This document shows, piece after piece, positions 35,231 through 36,323 of a DNA stretch of 36,323 bases. The notes beneath the pieces are model-generated. The model saw nothing but the letters and a program-made list of their open reading frames with translations. It did not search any database and was not told where the DNA came from. Made by a program: the position numbers and the translations under genes. This DNA comes from a virus (lineage: Duplodnaviria; Caudoviricetes), in IMG/VR virus record IMGVR_UViG_3300032332_000710, positions 1 to 36,323 of that record; one strand, written 5' to 3'. How positions within the stretch are numbered: the stretch's first letter is position 1; each line of letters starts with the position of its first letter.

Positions 35231-35470
35231 ATGCATACATTAAGAGAACTAATCGTATTCCTAGAAGACGCTTACGAACCTGACGAGTTGGTGCTGTACA
35301 CCTTATTCTCAAAGGCTAACTTGGAAAAGTTGGCAGGTGAGAGTAAGCGTGCTGAAATCTGGGAAGACATCATCATCCATGTCAACAATGACTTGGGGCA
35401 GTTGGAAGAGCAAATCAACAATGCTATTGCAATCTACACAGAGGAATGGAGACTAACCAATGGCAAGTAA
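35231..35470 (+). CDS. Acidic hypothetical protein
   Basis: 79 aa, overlaps next gene. Confidence 0.7.
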   Translation: MHTLRELIVFLEDAYEPDELVLYTLFSKANLEKLAGESKRAEIWEDIIIHVNNDLGQLEEQINNAIAIYTEEWRLTNGK

Positions 35471-35699
35471 TAAATACGTTGTGTACATCACATACGGTGT
35501 GTATGTAGATGTGGATAATACCTTTGACTTGGCATCAGACGAAGATAACTTCAAGATAACTGCAAAAGCGGTTGAGAAACTGTTTGAGCATGGTATTGCT
35601 GAAGTAATCTCTGCATGTGACGCTGAGATTGAAGACGTAACCGAGGAGTTTAATACAGACGCTCGTAACATCACAGTACAACTAGTAAAGGAGAACTAA
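35460..35699 (+). CDS. Acidic hypothetical protein
   Basis: GGAG RBS, 79 aa. Confidence 0.7.
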   Translation: MASNKYVVYITYGVYVDVDNTFDLASDEDNFKITAKAVEKLFEHGIAEVISACDAEIEDVTEEFNTDARNITVQLVKEN

Positions 35700-35700
35700 C

Positions 35701-35907
35701 ATGACGTTGCATTACTTTGCCGAGGACGGCAACTACGGCAGTGCAGAAGGGTTGATTGTGGTTGACTCATCCACATTCACCGAAGAAGAGTGGGAAGAGA
35801 TTGACTCGTTGCCTGACAACGACCGGATTCTCTTTGTGCAAGAAGTTATTAACGACTCTGAACCAATCAGAAACCTACGCAACCTTTACACGAGTGAGGA
35901 TAAATAA
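35701..35907 (+). CDS. Highly acidic small protein
   Basis: AAGGAG RBS; HYFAEDGNYGSA......D...FTEEEWEEID. Confidence 0.75.
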   Translation: MTLHYFAEDGNYGSAEGLIVVDSSTFTEEEWEEIDSLPDNDRILFVQEVINDSEPIRNLRNLYTSEDK

Positions 35908-36323
35908 ATGAGAACAGACATACATGCACCTAAGACCCTTGACCCTTCGCAGTACAAACTGCGAGGGGTCTTTACTGTTAAGACCAATGGTATTAACAAC
36001 TTCATTAAAGAACTAGAAGCCGAGGGTGTACGCAAAGCACCACACCAAGACGAGGACTCATGCGGTCACTGCGGTCATCAGCACCTCAAGTATTGCGCTG
36101 TGGTTGTACACAACGTCAAGAACGAGTGGATTCTCGTAGGCGAGACTTGCCTGTCCGAACGCTTCCAAGGGTTGACCAAGGCACAGTTTCAAGTACAGCG
36201 AAAGATTAGCAAGCGTCAGAAGAACTTCACTGACTACATTGCCAATCACCCAGAGTTGAACCTGCTCCGAGAAGTAGCCTCCAAGGGAAACAGTCAGGCG
36301 CAGTCGCTGGTAGATGCAATCCA
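35908..36323 (+). CDS. Zn-binding hypothetical protein (runs off the right edge of the window)
   Basis: Not in the ORF track. GAGGA RBS; MRTDIHAP...CGHCGHQHLKY...VGETCLSERF; open to the window end. Confidence 0.75.
   Translation, partial: MRTDIHAPKTLDPSQYKLRGVFTVKTNGINNFIKELEAEGVRKAPHQDEDSCGHCGHQHLKYCAVVVHNVKNEWILVGETCLSERFQGLTKAQFQVQRKISKRQKNFTDYIANHPELNLLREVASKGNSQAQSLVDAI

Larger units (their letters stand above)
29969..36291 (+). repeat. Dispersed 11-mer CCAAGGGAAAC, 4 copies
   Basis: Starts at 29969, 31450, 33669, 36281. Confidence 0.85.

Overview
A segment of a large tailed phage genome, most likely infecting Actinobacteria (two DUF3263 genes, an actinobacterial-type secreted transglycosylase, leaderless TAnnnT-N6-ATG starts). 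Bases 1-27962 are minus-strand genes: tail fibres, a head-completion candidate, N4-gp56-like major capsid, scaffold, portal, large terminase, a KTSC protein, Dps, lysis/cell-wall genes, and a block of GNAT and ADP-ribosyltransferase-like genes, several with a shared G/LS-x-(x)-QF motif. A palindrome-rich, non-coding, GC-richer strand switch at about 27.97-29.18 kb holds a strong promoter and a ~700 nt highly structured RNA candidate. From 29183 to the end run ~25 short plus-strand early-type genes. This arm carries 13 copies of the 17-bp palindrome YGTCCACA(C/G)TGTGGACR, which looks like two inverted actinobacterial DnaA boxes and often ends 14-16 nt before a start codon. It also has a second 11-mer motif and tRNA-like T-loop minihelices, and almost no GATC/GGCC/AGCT/CCGG. 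All calls were made by eye, without database searches or folding software.
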